A stretch of 64,000 nucleotides of DNA from Felis catus (lineage: Eukaryota), in NCBI RefSeq assembly GCF_018350175.1, contig NC_058368.1:92940001-93004000 (forward strand). Direction: 5' to 3'. Numbering within the stretch: the stretch's first letter is position 1; every line of letters begins with the position of its first letter. The position numbers and the translations under genes were made by a program. Under the pieces are notes generated by a model. That model was given only the letters and a program-made list of their open reading frames with translations. It made no database searches and had not been told where the DNA came from. Below are positions 39,460-54,356 of this stretch, piece by piece.

Positions 39460-40239
39460 GCCCCTCTTAGACCTTTTTTAAAACAAAAACATATTCTTGA
39501 TTTTAATCCTCCATGTGTTAAATATGATACTTGTCTTTTTGGTTTCGGCCCCTTTGGATGTTTGCTAATGCTGTAACGTCAAATCAGTTGTCTTTTCCTT
39601 TATGGCTTCTGGGTTTAGTCAATTGCTTAGGGAAACTTTACCTTGAGATTATAAAACCATATCTCCTTTATATTTTTCTCTATTTCTGTAGTTTTGTTTC
39701 TTACATTTAGTGTGTTGTGTTTTTTAAGGATTAGTCAGTCCAGCTACATGAAGAAGGCTTAGAAAGTCTTCCTAAACATTCCTTTGAAGCAACTCTCCTA
39801 GTTTTAAAAAAGTTGAATGAGAAAGAAACAAGTTCCTTGTCCTTTGAGCTTCTCGGGGACATAATCTGTGTTGCATGTGTTGCTATCTTCATTGTGAACT
39901 AGGCCTTCCTCTTCTTGCCCATTTCATGTTTTAGTCTGTTGATAATTGGGGTCTGCCCAGTCATCAGAAAGTCTCCATCCTTCCCTTTTTCCCTTGAACT
40001 CTCCTGTGGACTGTGAAACCAAGGTCTTCCTTCAACCCAGGACGGGAGGATGAAGGTTGCTTCCTAGGAAAATCCAGAGACTCCTCTTAGGAACAAAAAT
40101 GGAGAAAGAGAATGGAATAAGAAAAGAAAGAAGCAGAGAAGAGATCATAGGGCCTCCTAAGGACCATAATCCTAAGACCTATAAATACACGATATTTTCT
40201 CTGGTGCTTGTTAAAGAAAGTGACAAAAATGAAATGAAA

Positions 40240-40357
40240 GGGGGGTACCTGGCTGGCTCAGTGGGAAGAGCATGCAACTCTAAATCTCGGGGTTGTGAGT
40301 TTGAGCCCCACATTGGGTGTAGCAATTACTAAAAAATAAATAAATAAACTTAAAAAA
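40240..40357 (+). mobile_element. Short (old, tRNA-like) Can-SINE
   Basis: ggggtacctggctggctcagtgggaagagcatgcaactc...gagtttgagccccac plus A tail. Confidence 0.85.
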
Positions 40358-41744
40358 TATTTTAGAAACAGAGGTGAAAAGCCCTTCCTTACCCCGTCTT
40401 ACATAACTGCCCTGCCCTCTGATGAAGTAGCACTCCATCAATTATTCTAACACCTGTAAGTAAGCCTAATTTTAAGACTCCTTTTTCTCTCTTGTCCTCC
40501 AGAGCCCTGATCTTGGGATAAGCAACATACTAAAATCTAGAACAGGAAATGTAAGCCTCCTTTATCTTAGAACTCTGCTTATTAATAACCTCGAAAAACC
40601 TTTTTGATTAATCGCATTTCAACAGTTTGGCCCATTTCACGTAATTTATCTTCGAGAACAAAGTGTTCTGTTTCCTACATCTCTTTCCCATTGTCTCTGG
40701 GACCACTAAAAAAGTTTTTTCCTCCTAGCAAAGTATTGAATCAATGGAAGCAACACCCTGGCTTTCATTTTGGCCAAAAAGACACGAACAAGAAGCTCCA
40801 TGAACAAATTAGTTTTTCCCGGAGACAGGGAAGCAGTGGGGAATTTTAATTCCTGTGATGTAATACCCACCCCCGAGCCTCCGCAGACAGCCCTGCACGA
40901 GCCAGCTTTGCACTGTTGTCTCGGCTTTCATAAGAAAGCCCCTGGTCTGTCTTTTGAAGTGAGCGCTGAAGTGAGTCTCGTCCCAGGTGCTCCTGTCACT
41001 TGTCAATATCAAATGAGACCCCTGCCACTCTGCGGTGCCTGCCTCGTGCCATGTCTTCTTGACTGCTGAGTCCTTTAAGATGTATGCTTCAAACAGCCGA
41101 ACCCCATGCTGCAGGCTGCGTGTGGCGTGCACTTTGGCTGCCAGCCCTCAAGACTTCCACACTGTCACTGACAGCCTCTTAAAAAAGGCTTCCGTCTCAC
41201 CGTATTTTAAACGTGTGTTGGAGCTGCTGGAGGGTGAGACAGGGAAGACATCACACGGGAGATGTTAATTAATGGCCCCAAGTAACCACTGACTGCCGTC
41301 TTCAGAGAATGCTTTCATTCTCTTGCCTTCATTGGTTATGGTCATTGGAGGACAGTGATTTTTTTTTTTTTAATTGTAGCTTCCATACAAAATATACCTG
41401 TTCTGTTACTTATGTCAATACGAGAAATTTACATTTCCATAATTAAAAGTGCAACAGCTCCTGCTTCTGTTGAAATTCTTCTTAGGATATTCATTGGACC
41501 ACGAGTCTCTTAGGATTTATAGCTATCCAGGTAGAGTCTCCCAAGAAAAGAGCCTTGAATCCTCAAATGCCTTAAAATGCATAGGTTAATAGTCACTTGT
41601 GCTGCCTAGGAAAACTGACTCCTGCCCTTCTTTGATCTGAGAGGTCAATTGTTGGTTCACTAGTAGTCATTTTAAGTTGATTTTTTCATTTCAGTGATAT
41701 ATTTCCTTTTACTTGCATATTTAGTATTGTTTGGGGATTTCATG

Positions 41745-41803
41745 TGTCATATTTTTTATGAGAGAGCATGAATGGGCAAGGGGCAGAGGGAGGGAGGGGG
41801 GGA

Positions 41804-41851
<48 letters not shown>

Positions 41852-41979
41852 TTAAGCAGGCTCTTGGCCCAGCACAGAGCCCAAGGTGGGGTGAGTCTCA
41901 AGATTCGTGATTCAAGATCATGACCTGAGCTGAAATCAAGAGTTGGACGCTTAAACCAGCTGAGCCACCCAGGTGCCCC
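41745..41979 (-). mobile_element. Can-SINE with (GA)n
   Basis: Antisense head; (GA)n ~41806-41848. Confidence 0.9.
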
Positions 41980-41984
41980 TTTTC

Positions 41985-43570
41985 TCATCATCTCAACTTT
42001 CTTGAGATACAATTCATATACCGTATAATTCACCCCCTTAAAGTGTACAAATCAATGATATTTCGTGTATTCATGGAGTTAAGTGACCATCATCATAATC
42101 AAATGTTTAAATATTTTTGTCACACCAAAAATAAACACTGTGCACACTCTCCATTTACTGCCCAAGATAATCACTGTGTAACTTTTTGTTGATAGCTTGA
42201 TCCTATTCTGGACATTTCCTATAGATGGAGTCATACAAGTGGTCTTTTGTGACTGGCTTTCCTTCACATGTCTTCAAGGTTCCTTCACGTTGTAGCATGC
42301 ATCAAAACTTCATTTCTTTTTACCAATAAATAATATTCCATTGTAAGAGTATACCACATTTTATTTACACATGTAGGGGCTGATGGGCATTTGAATTCTT
42401 TCTAGTCCTAGGCTATTATTATGAACAATGCTTCTATAAACATTCATGGGCAAGTTTTTTTCTTAATTTTTTTTGACATTTATTTATTTTTGAGAGAGAA
42501 TGAGACAGATCATGAAGAGGAGAGGGAGACACAGAATCTGAAGCAGGTTCCAGGCTCCGAGCTATCAGCACAGAGTCCGGCGCGGGTCTCGAACTCATGC
42601 TTAACCACTCAGGAACCCCTACAAGTGATTTTTTTATGTTAATCTAGTATCCAAAAATCTCCTGAGCTTGTTTGTTAGTTCTGATAATATTTTAGTGGAT
42701 TCCTTAAGATTTCCTATGTAAAAAATCATGTCATCTGTGAATATAATTTTACTTCTTCCTTTCCATCTGGATGCCTTTTATTTCTTCTTCTTGCCTAATT
42801 GCACTGGCCAGAACTTCCAGTACAATATTAATAGAAGCAGAAAGAACAGATATTGTCTCATTTCTGATCTTAGGAAGCACTTAGCCTTTCAATAGTAAAT
42901 ATGATATTAGCAGTGAATTTTTCATTGATGTCTTTTGTTGCATTGAGAAAATATCCTTCTGTTTCTAGTTTGTTGCCTGTGTTCATTATAAAAGTGTTTT
43001 GAATTTTGTCAAATGTTTTTCTGTGTGTGTCAAGGTGATTATATAGTTTTTTCCCTTTATTCTATTGACATGTTGTATTACACTAATTGATTCTTTTTAA
43101 AGTTTTTATTTAAATTCCAGTTAGTTAACATACATCGTAATATTAGTTTCAAGTGTACAATACAGTGATTTGACACCTACAACACCCAGTGCTCATTACA
43201 ACATGTACAGCCAGTGCACATGTTGTTTTGTTAACTGTTGGCTTGTTAACTGACCTTATCTTTAGGGGAAACCCCACTTGGTCATAGTATATAATAATTT
43301 TTATATGTTGCCATATGTGATTTGATTATATTTTGTTGAGGATTTTTGCATCTATAATCATAGATAATATCAGTCTGTCATTTTCTTGTGATGTCCTCAA
43401 ATTCAGTGATTTTTGGTTTCTGCCCACTCAGGTGTACTCCTGAGCCTCTATAGTGAATTCTTTATTTTGGTTATCACATTTTTCAACTCCAGAATTTCCA
43501 TTTGGTTTTTTTTAGTAATTTCTGTCTCTATATCAGTATTCTCTGTTTGGTGAGTCATTCCTATCATACT
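41985..43570 (-). mobile_element. Old L1 fragments (L1MB/ME-type), interrupted by a SINE and a short L1 3' end (~43085-43200)
   Basis: Antisense L1 motifs: gagatacaattcatataccgtataattcacc, aatcatgtcatctgtgaat, acttccagtacaatatt, ttttgttgaggatttttgcatctata. Confidence 0.8.
42454..42619 (-). mobile_element. Internally deleted Can-SINE within L1
   Basis: Antisense copy lacking part of the tRNA-related region. Confidence 0.85.
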
Positions 43571-43851
43571 TCTCTTTAACCTTTCTCTAGGTGTGGTTTA
43601 GAGCTGGGTACATGAACCAAACCAGGTCAACAGATGTGTCAGGAGATGTGTCAATGGATGTGTTTGGCAGGTGGGGGACAGAAGATGATCTGCTTTCTTC
43701 TGAATGATGGGGGTGTGGGTATGAAGTCTAGAACTGCCACAGCTATTTTCCCCACCTCAAGGTAAAACATTCTGGGGATTAAGCCAGTGTCTATGAAGGA
43801 GGTCAATGATAGGAAATAACTGAGGAAAGTTGCTGGAACCCTGATGAAGTC

Positions 43852-44379
43852 TTTTTTTGTTAAAGATTTTATTTACTTATTTATTTTGAGAGAGAGATGG
43901 GGAGAGAGAAAGAATCCCAAGTGGGGGCTCTGCACTGTCGGCACAGAGCCTGATGTGGGTCTCTATCCCATGGACTGTGAGATCATGACCTAAACTAAAG
44001 TCCAATGCCTAACCAGCTGAGCCACCCAGGTGTCCCAACCCTGATGATGTCTTACTCTCTGAATCAAAAGCATTAAAGTCTTCCCTAGTTAAGACATGTT
44101 CAGTTATGTAAGGCTAGAAATACCCCTTGTTAAGAGGACTGGTGAATGAAAGTATCCAGTAGTTTTAAGTAATTAAAATACTTTTTTAATGTTTATTTTT
44201 GAGAGAGGGAGAGAGATAGTGCAAGATGGGGAGGGGCAGAGACAGAGGGAGACAGAGGATCTGAAGCAGGCTCTGTGTTGACAGCAGAGAGCCCGATGTG
44301 GGGCTCGAACTCATGAACTGTGAGATCATGACCTGAGCCAAAGTTGGGTGCTTAACCGACTGAGCCATCTAGGCACCCC
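43852..44379 (-). mobile_element. Two Can-SINEs (43852-44037, 44182-44379)
   Basis: TSDs aaccctgatgawgtctt and taattaaaa. Confidence 0.92.
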
Positions 44380-45084
44380 ACTAATTAAAACGTTTTTGAG
44401 AAGGAGTCCTCCTAAGTAGTGAGAGAGAAACACTGTCCCATAGTGAGTTTTGTCATTGTATTTGTCTAACTAATATCTGTTGTGGCTTTTCCTGATACAT
44501 TGCTTCATGTGTATCATTTTGGATCATATGGATAATTTTCATACACTAATAATTGAAACAGGAGAGAAAAAGTGCTACTGAATCTACAGCCATAAAATAC
44601 AACAGCAACATGGAACGCAACTCATTTTTAAGAAAAACATGGTATATTAGCTGATGAATATGCAAATCTTAAAGATTTGGCATGTACAGTATTCGGTTGC
44701 CAATGACCTTGTTATGCTTAATTCAACTTAGAACAACTGTTCTTTCCCTTCCTGTGAGTGGGCACCAACTCTCTCCTTGCCCTAAGACAATTTCTTGGGG
44801 GAATGGGCATTTACAAACAGTTCCAGAGAGGGAGACAACAGTATAAAGACCAGCAAAGGGAGATACATAGATTTCCTGAGCCTGTTTAGCAAAAGGCAGA
44901 AAAGCAAAAGGAAAACATCGAGCGTTTGATGAGTACATGGGAATGGCATTAACAGGAAAAGAGAAAAAAAGAACTAATGCATTGTATGCACTAATCCGGT
45001 AAAGAGGAGAATATAATGATGGGGAAGTACATTGGATTTCAGAGAGGAAATAAACCTTCCAGAATTTTTGTAGCCTCATTATGG

Positions 45085-45293
45085 TTTTTTTTTTTAAATG
45101 TTTATTTGTTTTGAGAGAGAGAGGGAGGGAGGGAGGGAGGGGCAAGAGAGAGAGGGAGAAAGAGAATCCCAAGCGGGCATTATGCTGTCAGCACTGAGCC
45201 TGATGCGGGCCTTGATCCCAGAACCCAGCCGTGAGATCATGACCTGAGTGGAAATCAAGAGTTGGATGCTTGACTGAGCCACCCAGGTGCCCT
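45085..45293 (-). mobile_element. Can-SINE
   Basis: TSD agcctcrttat. Confidence 0.92.
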
Positions 45294-45954
45294 GAGCCTC
45301 GTTATTTTTTTAGCACTAAGCAACCGTAGAATTTTTGGGATTACCAAGTGGGAGCTTTGACCTCGGTATTTAGGGATGGTTTTCCATGTCTTCGATCCAT
45401 TTTTGCTGACTCTTTACCCCAACTGTGAGACACGTTGGTTTCTCTCTTCTTGTGGCACACAGCTTGGTTTCCTTTTCCTGGTTGTTACCAAACTGGTAGG
45501 TTCTTTCCCTACTCAGTACCTTTGGCCAAATAGTCAAAGAAGCAAACAGTATCAAAGGCAAGCAGGTAATTTACCCAGTGGGAGAAGGGAGAAGGGGAGC
45601 TCATGCTCCAAGGGCACAGAGAGGCAGAGGGGGCATAAGTTGGGCTGGTGGGGGGCCAGGATGTTTGATGGCAGCCAGATTCCCAGAAAGGGGTGGAGAT
45701 TTCCAGGAACTTAGGCCATGGCCCTTTCTCTTTCTTATTCAGTCAGGGGTTTCCTCTCATGGTGCCCCTAAGGAGGAGACCTTAGTTTGTTAATGTAGTG
45801 TAGTGAAGGAATAATGTGAATTTGGTCCACATTGTCCGCCATATTGGGTCTGTCTGGGTTGATGTGGTTTCTGGTGGTCTCTTGTGATCTGGCATCAAGC
45901 TCATCTGGGTAGGAGCACCTGTAGAGAAGGTACTAGAAAAAAATAGCCTTTAAA

Positions 45955-46164
45955 TTTTATTTTATTTATTTTTAATTTTTGAGAGACAGAGGGAGAGCAT
46001 GAGCAGGGGAGGGGCAGAGAGAGAGGATGACACAGAATCTGAAGCAGGCTCCAGGCTCTCAGCTGTCAGCACACAGCCTGGTGCAGGGCTCGAACTCACG
46101 AACCGTGATATCATGACCTGAACCGAAGTCAGGCACTTAAACGACTGAGCCACCCAGGTACCCC
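45955..46164 (-). mobile_element. Can-SINE
   Basis: Antisense head and tail. Confidence 0.92.
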
Positions 46165-46789
46165 AAAATACAGCTTTTAGACAAATTCTCTGCTAGGCTC
46201 TTTGAGACTCTTCTGGTGACATGGCTCTCCCCACTCTTTGGCATAAAGGAAGAAGCAGTGAGAAGACAAATGTCTACAGACAAGTTCCTCCAAGCCAGGG
46301 AGGGAGCCTGAGCCTCCCTTATTACAGAAAAAGGCAAAATGGGCTTGGTGTACTTTTCATTGCCCTACAGCTTCTGCTATGGGTCAGGAATGGTGGACCT
46401 GCCATCAAACTAGGCAGAAAACTGTGTGTGATTGGACCAGAATCTCTATATTTTTTAAAGTTTTTCATGAGACACCTTGGACCTGCTTGTGTACAGCGCT
46501 GCCATTTTATCCACACATGTGTTAGATCCACAGAAATTATCCTGTTGAGCAGATGAAGTCGACAGGAGGACAATAGTCAAAAATCGCAGAATCCCAATCA
46601 CACCAGTGAGGAAATGTCCATGAGGCCATCCAAAGGCGGTGAATGGTAGTGATAAGCCACTACTGTCCATTCCTGGACAACTAGTAGTAGAGTACAAGCC
46701 CGTATAAGTAGGTAGAGTCAGCAGGCCATCCCCAGCTGTGGACGAAATGCTAGAAGAATGTGAAACAGACTCAGCAGACAGACTCACAA

Positions 46790-46985
46790 GGCTGTGTTTG
46801 AGGTCTGGCCACTCCTCGGCTACTCACTAGCTGTGTGACTTGGGGTAGCCCAGGCACCGCATCACCCGAATTACCCTTTTCTATAAAATGGAAATGATAA
46901 TGAAACCTTTCCCCTTTCCTACCTTCCCTAAGGGTTCTCATGATACAGAAGTAAAATAACATAGAAGAAACTGCTTTCTGCACTA
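46790..46985 (+). mobile_element. MIR
   Basis: actagctgtgtgacttggg...ctataaaatggaaatgataat...ctaagggttctcatga. Confidence 0.7.
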
Positions 46986-46995
46986 GAATGTGCTG

Positions 46996-47184
46996 GGACA
47001 CCTGGCTGGTTCAGTCTGTTGAGCATCTGACTCTTGGTTTTGGCTTGGGTCAGGGTCTTGTGGTTAGTGGGTTTGAGCCCCACGTCGGGCTCTGTGCTGG
47101 CAGTGCATTGGCGCTTCCTCACTCTCTCTCTCTCTCTCTTTCTGTAAATAAATAAATGAATAAATAAATAAATAAATAAATAAA
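46996..47184 (+). mobile_element. Can-SINE with (TAAA)n tail
   Basis: Head, (CT)n, tail. Confidence 0.88.
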
Positions 47185-47189
47185 TATTT

Positions 47190-47238
47190 TATATACATAT
47201 ATACATATGTATGTATATATACATATATACGTATATAC

Positions 47239-47275
<37 letters not shown>
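47190..47275. repeat. TA-rich run plus (TG)n microsatellite
   Basis: Direct reading. Confidence 0.95.
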
Positions 47276-47277
<2 letters not shown>

Positions 47278-47843
47278 AACTAGAATGATTTAAACTGGAT
47301 TTAAACTAGGATTGCTGCCCTTGAAGGGTTTGTTTGGTTTGCTTTTAATGACTTTCTAGATTTGGATGTGTGTTTCTAGCTGCCAAGGGATATTTGTTTA
47401 TGAAATTGCAAGCTATCTTAAAAAGACTTATCCTAGTCAATAATTTTAGCCTGGTGTTCACCTATTTAATTATGTAACAGGGTTCACTTCTAGCAAAACT
47501 AGTATATGTTCTTCTTCTTCTTTTTTTTTTTTTTTTTTTTGGCTGGCGCTCCTGAGACTTTGGCAGATTGGCCAATTAGCAAGACAGAGATGATAGTAGA
47601 AAAAATTTGGAAAGTTAATGAAGTTAATGAACAGTCCCCAACATGGTAATCAGCCCCTGAATAATGGCACTATGGCTAAAAATTAACAAGACTGTCACCA
47701 ATAAGCTCATTCAGGTCTAGACACTTTCTGATCATGATGCAGAAGTATAAAGAATACTTATAATGATTATTCTAATGTTTTCTTCAAATGTGGTTTATTT
47801 CTTAGGAGGTAGGATAATCTGTGGTTTAAAAATGACTGCTCTT

Positions 47844-48060
47844 GGGGTGCCTGGATGGCTCAGTCGGTTAAAGCATTGACTTCGGCTCAGGTCGTGATCT
47901 CACAGTTTGTGGGTTCGAGCACTGCATCAGGCTCTGTGCTGACAGCTCAGAGCCTGGAACCTGCTTCGGATTCTGTGTCTTCCTCTCTCTCTCTCTGCCC
48001 CTCTCCGGCTTGGGCTCTGTCTCTCTCTCTCTCAAAAATAAATAAATGTTAAAAAAAATT
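47844..48060 (+). mobile_element. Can-SINE
   Basis: Head and tail. Confidence 0.92.
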
Positions 48061-49997
48061 TTAATATAAAAATAAAAATAACTGTCCTTATGGCCTCTTA
48101 ATTGTTCTGTTTTGGCAAATGTGGACTTGTTATTGTGCTAAGAAAATAACTCTGGTATTACCGTGATTCCCCACTTAGATTTACCACTAAGCAGACTAAG
48201 TTCAGACAGGCTGTGTCTTTTTGCAACCTCTTTGTTTGGCACCAACCAAATGATTTTCTCATGTGGGCAAAGGAAAAAGAAAATCTCAGAAAAACATTTA
48301 TTTTGTAGGTCAAAGTTTCCCTCAGACTGTGGGTACCAGATGCCCTGGGTGCCTGCCTCAACTGCTCTGATGGCCTTTGGAAATAGACCAGAAGTATCCA
48401 AATTCAGGGAGTCTTGCTTTTGAAGGCACAATGAAGGGGGAGGGTACAGATAATTCCTGTGAAAAAGAGAATTATCAGCAATGGCATATGCAAACCTGCC
48501 ACTTTTTCCAAGCCCTCCCCCCCACCCCCGTAACGTGGTCTGGGAAAACCCTTCTTCTAAGACACCTAGTAAGTGTGTGTGGGCGGGTGTGGGGGGTGTT
48601 ATGTGTCTGTGCATGTTCACAAGCTTGGGAACATGTTCACAAATATGGGAACAAGCATGTTCACAAATACGGGAACACAGTTCTAGTCTATTCCAAAAAA
48701 ACAGGTAATTTTTCAAAAAATGGTACTGGAAATCAAGGAAGGCATCTAATTGGTTAGATTTGAAATGCATTTTGTGGATGAGTATGACCTCTGGTGTTAA
48801 ACTAGAGAAATTCCAGCACTTCTATATCTTCATTGCAGAAAGAGAAGCAAATGTAATTTTCCAAAAGCTTATCCTTCAGGGGTTATGGGGCTTGTTTTGC
48901 GACCTTTATTTCCAACTTTCTTCATCGCTTCCCTCTCTTTCCCTCCTGGGTCTTAGAAATATAAATGAGCATCTATTACATGCACAGCACCATCCCTGTG
49001 GAAGGACATTGTCTTTGTTGCTCTGTTTGACTTTGTTTCATGTTTCTCTATAATCCTTCATAGGAAAAAAAGGCAAAATTATGATAGACAGTTTTTAAAG
49101 GTTTACATCTATATTTAAGACTCATTTGTTAATTTTATAAAGAAGAGAACAATGATGGAAACAGGAACTTCTTAAATGTGTCACAAACCAATAGAGTAAG
49201 ATGCCCCAAACCAGCAGGTTATGAGGACACCGACAAAAAAAATGAAACAAGAGGCTGTTGGGGGCATCTTGAGGTTTTTCATCACCGTACTGAGAGAGGA
49301 TTGTTGTACTCTCCACACACAGTCATTTATTAGCAAGGTGACTTTTTTTGGGTGTGTGTGAGCAGGTGATTCCTTAAAACAGAAAGATGATATACCTCTG
49401 ATTGACTTCTCTCTCCCCAGTCACGGCGAGTTCCATGTTATGATTTCATGAGCTTTAAAAAAAAAAAAAAAAACAGCTGGGTGGAAGCACTATCAATCTG
49501 AGTTTTGGTATTCTGGCAATTCCTTACACCGTGGGTCAGATCTCCATTTCTTTCTTACTGTATGCATTCTGTCCTCCCCCTGAGCTCCCTTTGTGAGCGA
49601 TGGGAACTCCGTACGTCATTGCCATAAATCTTAGTCAACGCTCTTTGTTTCTCTATGATTCATGGTACTGCACCTAATCTCTAACCAAGGCATAGAGATA
49701 TACATGGCAAACGACATGATATTTTGTCCCTGTTGTTTTGTGTATGGAACCTCTCTTTGAAGCCTTGAACTTGCTATTTGAGAAAGTCAGTGTGATACAT
49801 AGAACACAGCCATTCCTTATGGTGTTTTAGTAATTCTATAACCTTATACCTAATTTGCAGCTGGCAACAATTGTGATATTTGGGGAGGCAACTATGTCCT
49901 CTTTTTTCTAAATTTATGAAAGGTTAAGCAAAGTAGTGATTTACCGTGGTAACCCTTCCTTGAAGAATTTAATTTGTAAAGAAGAATCAAACTTTTC

Positions 49998-50183
49998 TCT
50001 TTTTTAAAATGTTTATTTTGAAAGAGAGCATGCGCATGGGGGAGGGTCAGACAGAATCCCAAGCAGGCTCTGTGCTGTCAGTGCAGGGCCCAATGAGGCA
50101 CTCCATCTCACCAACCCTGAGATCATGACCTGAGCTGAAATGGAGTCTGCTGCTTAACTGACTGAGCCACCCAGGCATCCCCT
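49998..50183 (-). mobile_element. Can-SINE
   Basis: Antisense head and tail. Confidence 0.88.
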
Positions 50184-51542
50184 GCATTCGATTCAGCTAC
50201 ACAGAGCAACTGGAAGAAGCCTATAGAATGGGTTATAAAGTGAAAAGGAATGTATGATTGATTTTGTCCTTGAGTTGAATTTTGTTTCACCCCAGCAGGT
50301 GAATCACTTTTGATTTGGAAGGCTTCATTGTCATTTGAAATTCAGCTCATTAGAATTGTTTGCAATGGTCATGCTCACCATGAAATTCATGCACTATCTA
50401 CTCAGCCACCCCAGCGATTCGATGACTTTCAGAATTCTAAACATGTTTTATTGAATTGCCAAAAATCATGGGAGATGATAAAAACAAAATGCTGTCTCCA
50501 CTTTTTATCTATTCAAATTCTGCGCTTGACCAAGGCTATTGAAAACTGTCCATTGTGACAGTACTCAGTGTCTGAAGTCGAGGTCTATGGGCCTAAAAGC
50601 AACCCTGTCCTTTTCTTCTTGTGGATCTGTTTACTTGCACGTACAAAACATTAAAATTGTTTAACCCGTGTCCAAAGGATATCCTAAAATGAATTATTCA
50701 CTCCATGGCATTGAAAACGCGCACGCACACTGTGAGGACAAGGTACCTGGTAAGCAACTTCAGGGCAGATGCCGAGTAGAATATCAAGAAATTGGATCCA
50801 GTTGAAAATTCCAATTACCTAATGAGGGTTATCTGCTTACACTCCAATTTCTTGGTCTAATTCATTATAATATTGATCATAAAAATCACGCTTTAAAATT
50901 ACGATTTAAAACGGAAACAAATATTCAGCTGGCTAGTGTCTGCCATTTCCTTCCTTGGGGAGACGGGGATTTCAATTTACAAAGAAAAACGAACTAGAAG
51001 GGCTTAAGACGGAACAGTCACAGCCCTCGAAAAGGGTCCCCTACTGCTTTGTGTTGGTATATCCCCTAAGAGAAGAGCACATTGCAGGAAATTGGTGAGA
51101 CACAAAATGCCATTTTCATGGATTTATTAGAAAGTAAATAATTATACCCGACTCCAGCCAAACTCCAGCACTGTCCCCGGAGTGGACATTCAGCCGGAGT
51201 TGTCGTTATTAATAATTTCCCAGCCAGGCTGTAACTACCGGTGCGAATCAGCCCGCTCCAGTCCCCTCTCCCACCCGCCGCCGCAGTCAGGGCTCCGCCA
51301 AGGAGATGCTCGGTGTGTGCGCATCAGTGACACCCGCCTTTGCTTTGTCTGTGCTTTGCAGGTGGGGAGGAGGAAGAGGAACAGAAGAGGCGCTGGCGGC
51401 CGGCGGCCGCTGAGCAGCCCCCGTACCCTCGAGCAAGCCGCCTCTCCACCGCCGCAGAAGCCAACGGACCTACCCATTGGGGAAGCCAGAGGGCCAGAGC
51501 GCCAGAGCCCGGGGACCCGGCGGCCGGGGGCGCCAGCCCCTC

Positions 51543-51564
51543 ATGTTCCGCGGAAGGCGCAAAT
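51543..51564 (+). CDS. KCNN2: Coding end of probable upstream KCNN2 exon (exon 51362-51564); after splicing gives MFRGRRKCDV-MPIVL...
   Basis: Acceptor tttgtctgtgctttgcag|g at 51361/51362 and donor AAAT|gtgagc at 51564/51565. The 22 nt from ATG 51543 joined to 52429 (T+GT GAT GTC ATG) stay in frame with ATG 52437. In-frame TGA upstream at 51411. Confidence 0.7.
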
Positions 51565-52391
51565 GTGAGCGGGCGGTAGCTGGGAAAGCCCTGCGCCCCC
51601 GCCAGGGGGACCCGGGAAGCCCGAGCGGGCTCCTCCCGCGGACGGTGGGGATCCCCTCCTCCGGCCCCGCCCCCATCCTCCCCCGGCCCCGAGTGCCAAG
51701 GCGGTTAACCCTTCCAGCGCCGCAGCGCACTCAGGCCGGAGCGCCGCTCAGCCAATCCCGACTCCCGGGCCCCGGAGCCGAGCGGCGGGGGAATGATCGC
51801 GGCGCGGGGCTCGCTCGGAACTCGCAGCGGCCAAACCTGGGCTCAGGCTCCGGGGTTCTCCCTAAGCCCCGCTGCACTGGCGTAGCCAGTCGCCAAACTT
51901 TTTCTCTCCTAAGCGGGTGCCCCCGCAGTTATTTGGCGGGTAGCCCGCTGCCCACTCTCCGCGGGACGACTGGGGAGAGGTGGGCGTGAGGCGAGGGGGA
52001 TGCTGTTCTGCAGCCCAGCGAGGCGTGCACGCGGGCGGACGAGTGGCAGGGGTTCCGCACTGTCCCCGCGCCTGACCCACTGCTGGGGTGGCCCAACGTG
52101 CTGCAGTGCCCGGTGCAGGTGATCTAGACTGCGCGTCCGGCACCAGCTGGGGGTGGGGGGGGCGGCGGTGAGGGAGGGAAGGAAGGAGGGAGGCAGGGAC
52201 GCCCCTTTCTTCTCTCTTTTCCCTGCAGCCCGGCCGCACTGCCTGTGGCTCCCCAGCCGGGTGCTGTTCCCAGGCGCTCCCAAACGGCAGGTGCCCCCCC
52301 ACCCCCACTCTGCCGTGGCCTGCGCACCCCAGGGTTCTCATCCTGCAGATTCCCTCCTCCCCATCTCTCTTTCACACACGCGCTCCCCTAA

Positions 52392-53792
<1,401 letters not shown>

Positions 53793-54356
53793 TAAGCACT
53801 GGTGGGAACTCTCTGCCGGCGGGTCCGAGCCTCCTCTGGACGGTCGGAGGTGCCCGCCGGGACGGTGAGCACGGCTCGGACGCACCCCTGATCCTCCAGG
53901 CAACTCTAGGAGAGGAAGCCTTTCTGTGCGCAGCCAAAGTTCTAGAGGCAGCGAGTGCCCAGCTCATTTGGGCACATTAAATAAGTAGCTCCAGGAGTCA
54001 GTGGGGGAAAGCCTGCTCTATTCTTTTATGTGTGCTCGGGATTTCAGAGGCCCCTTTCAACCCAAAGCGCTTAAACTCAGCAATAACTCGCTCTCGGTTT
54101 CCAGAGCCAGGATCTGCGCTTGAGTCTGTGATGGCGCGGATGCGCTGCCTGGCCATCCGCCTGCCCTGTTCTTCTCTCCCTTCCCTTTGAGGCCAAGTGA
54201 TCTGACAGATCACGGAGCCAAGACAGGTACTCCCCTCATCCCCATCGTCCTCCTGGGAGTTCGATTCCACTTGATGGGGACTGACTGACCCCCACCCCCG
54301 GAAGGTGGTCAAAAGTACTTGTTTCTTAAAAGTGCTTCTGTCTGACTGTGTTGCAG

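Larger units (their letters stand above)
38060..39720 (-). mobile_element. Degenerate L1ME-type fragments interrupted by three SINEs
   Basis: Antisense L1-like motifs (ttaccaatttgtactcc, tcctttatggcttctgggttt). Confidence 0.5.

Noticed and set aside
40240..40330. tRNA-like sequence
   Set aside because: tRNA-derived Can-SINE head with an A tail, not a functional tRNA
41020..41040. CTCF-like motif
   Set aside because: Three mismatches in the core by eye; too weak
46322..46787. Protein-looking minus-strand ORFs (110 and 83 aa) as a possible processed pseudogene
   Set aside because: No homologue recognised, no poly-A or TSD, and adjacent to a MIR
48138..48770. 210-aa minus-strand ORF
   Set aside because: No recognisable domain; partly made of the local tandem repeat; no splice or expression evidence
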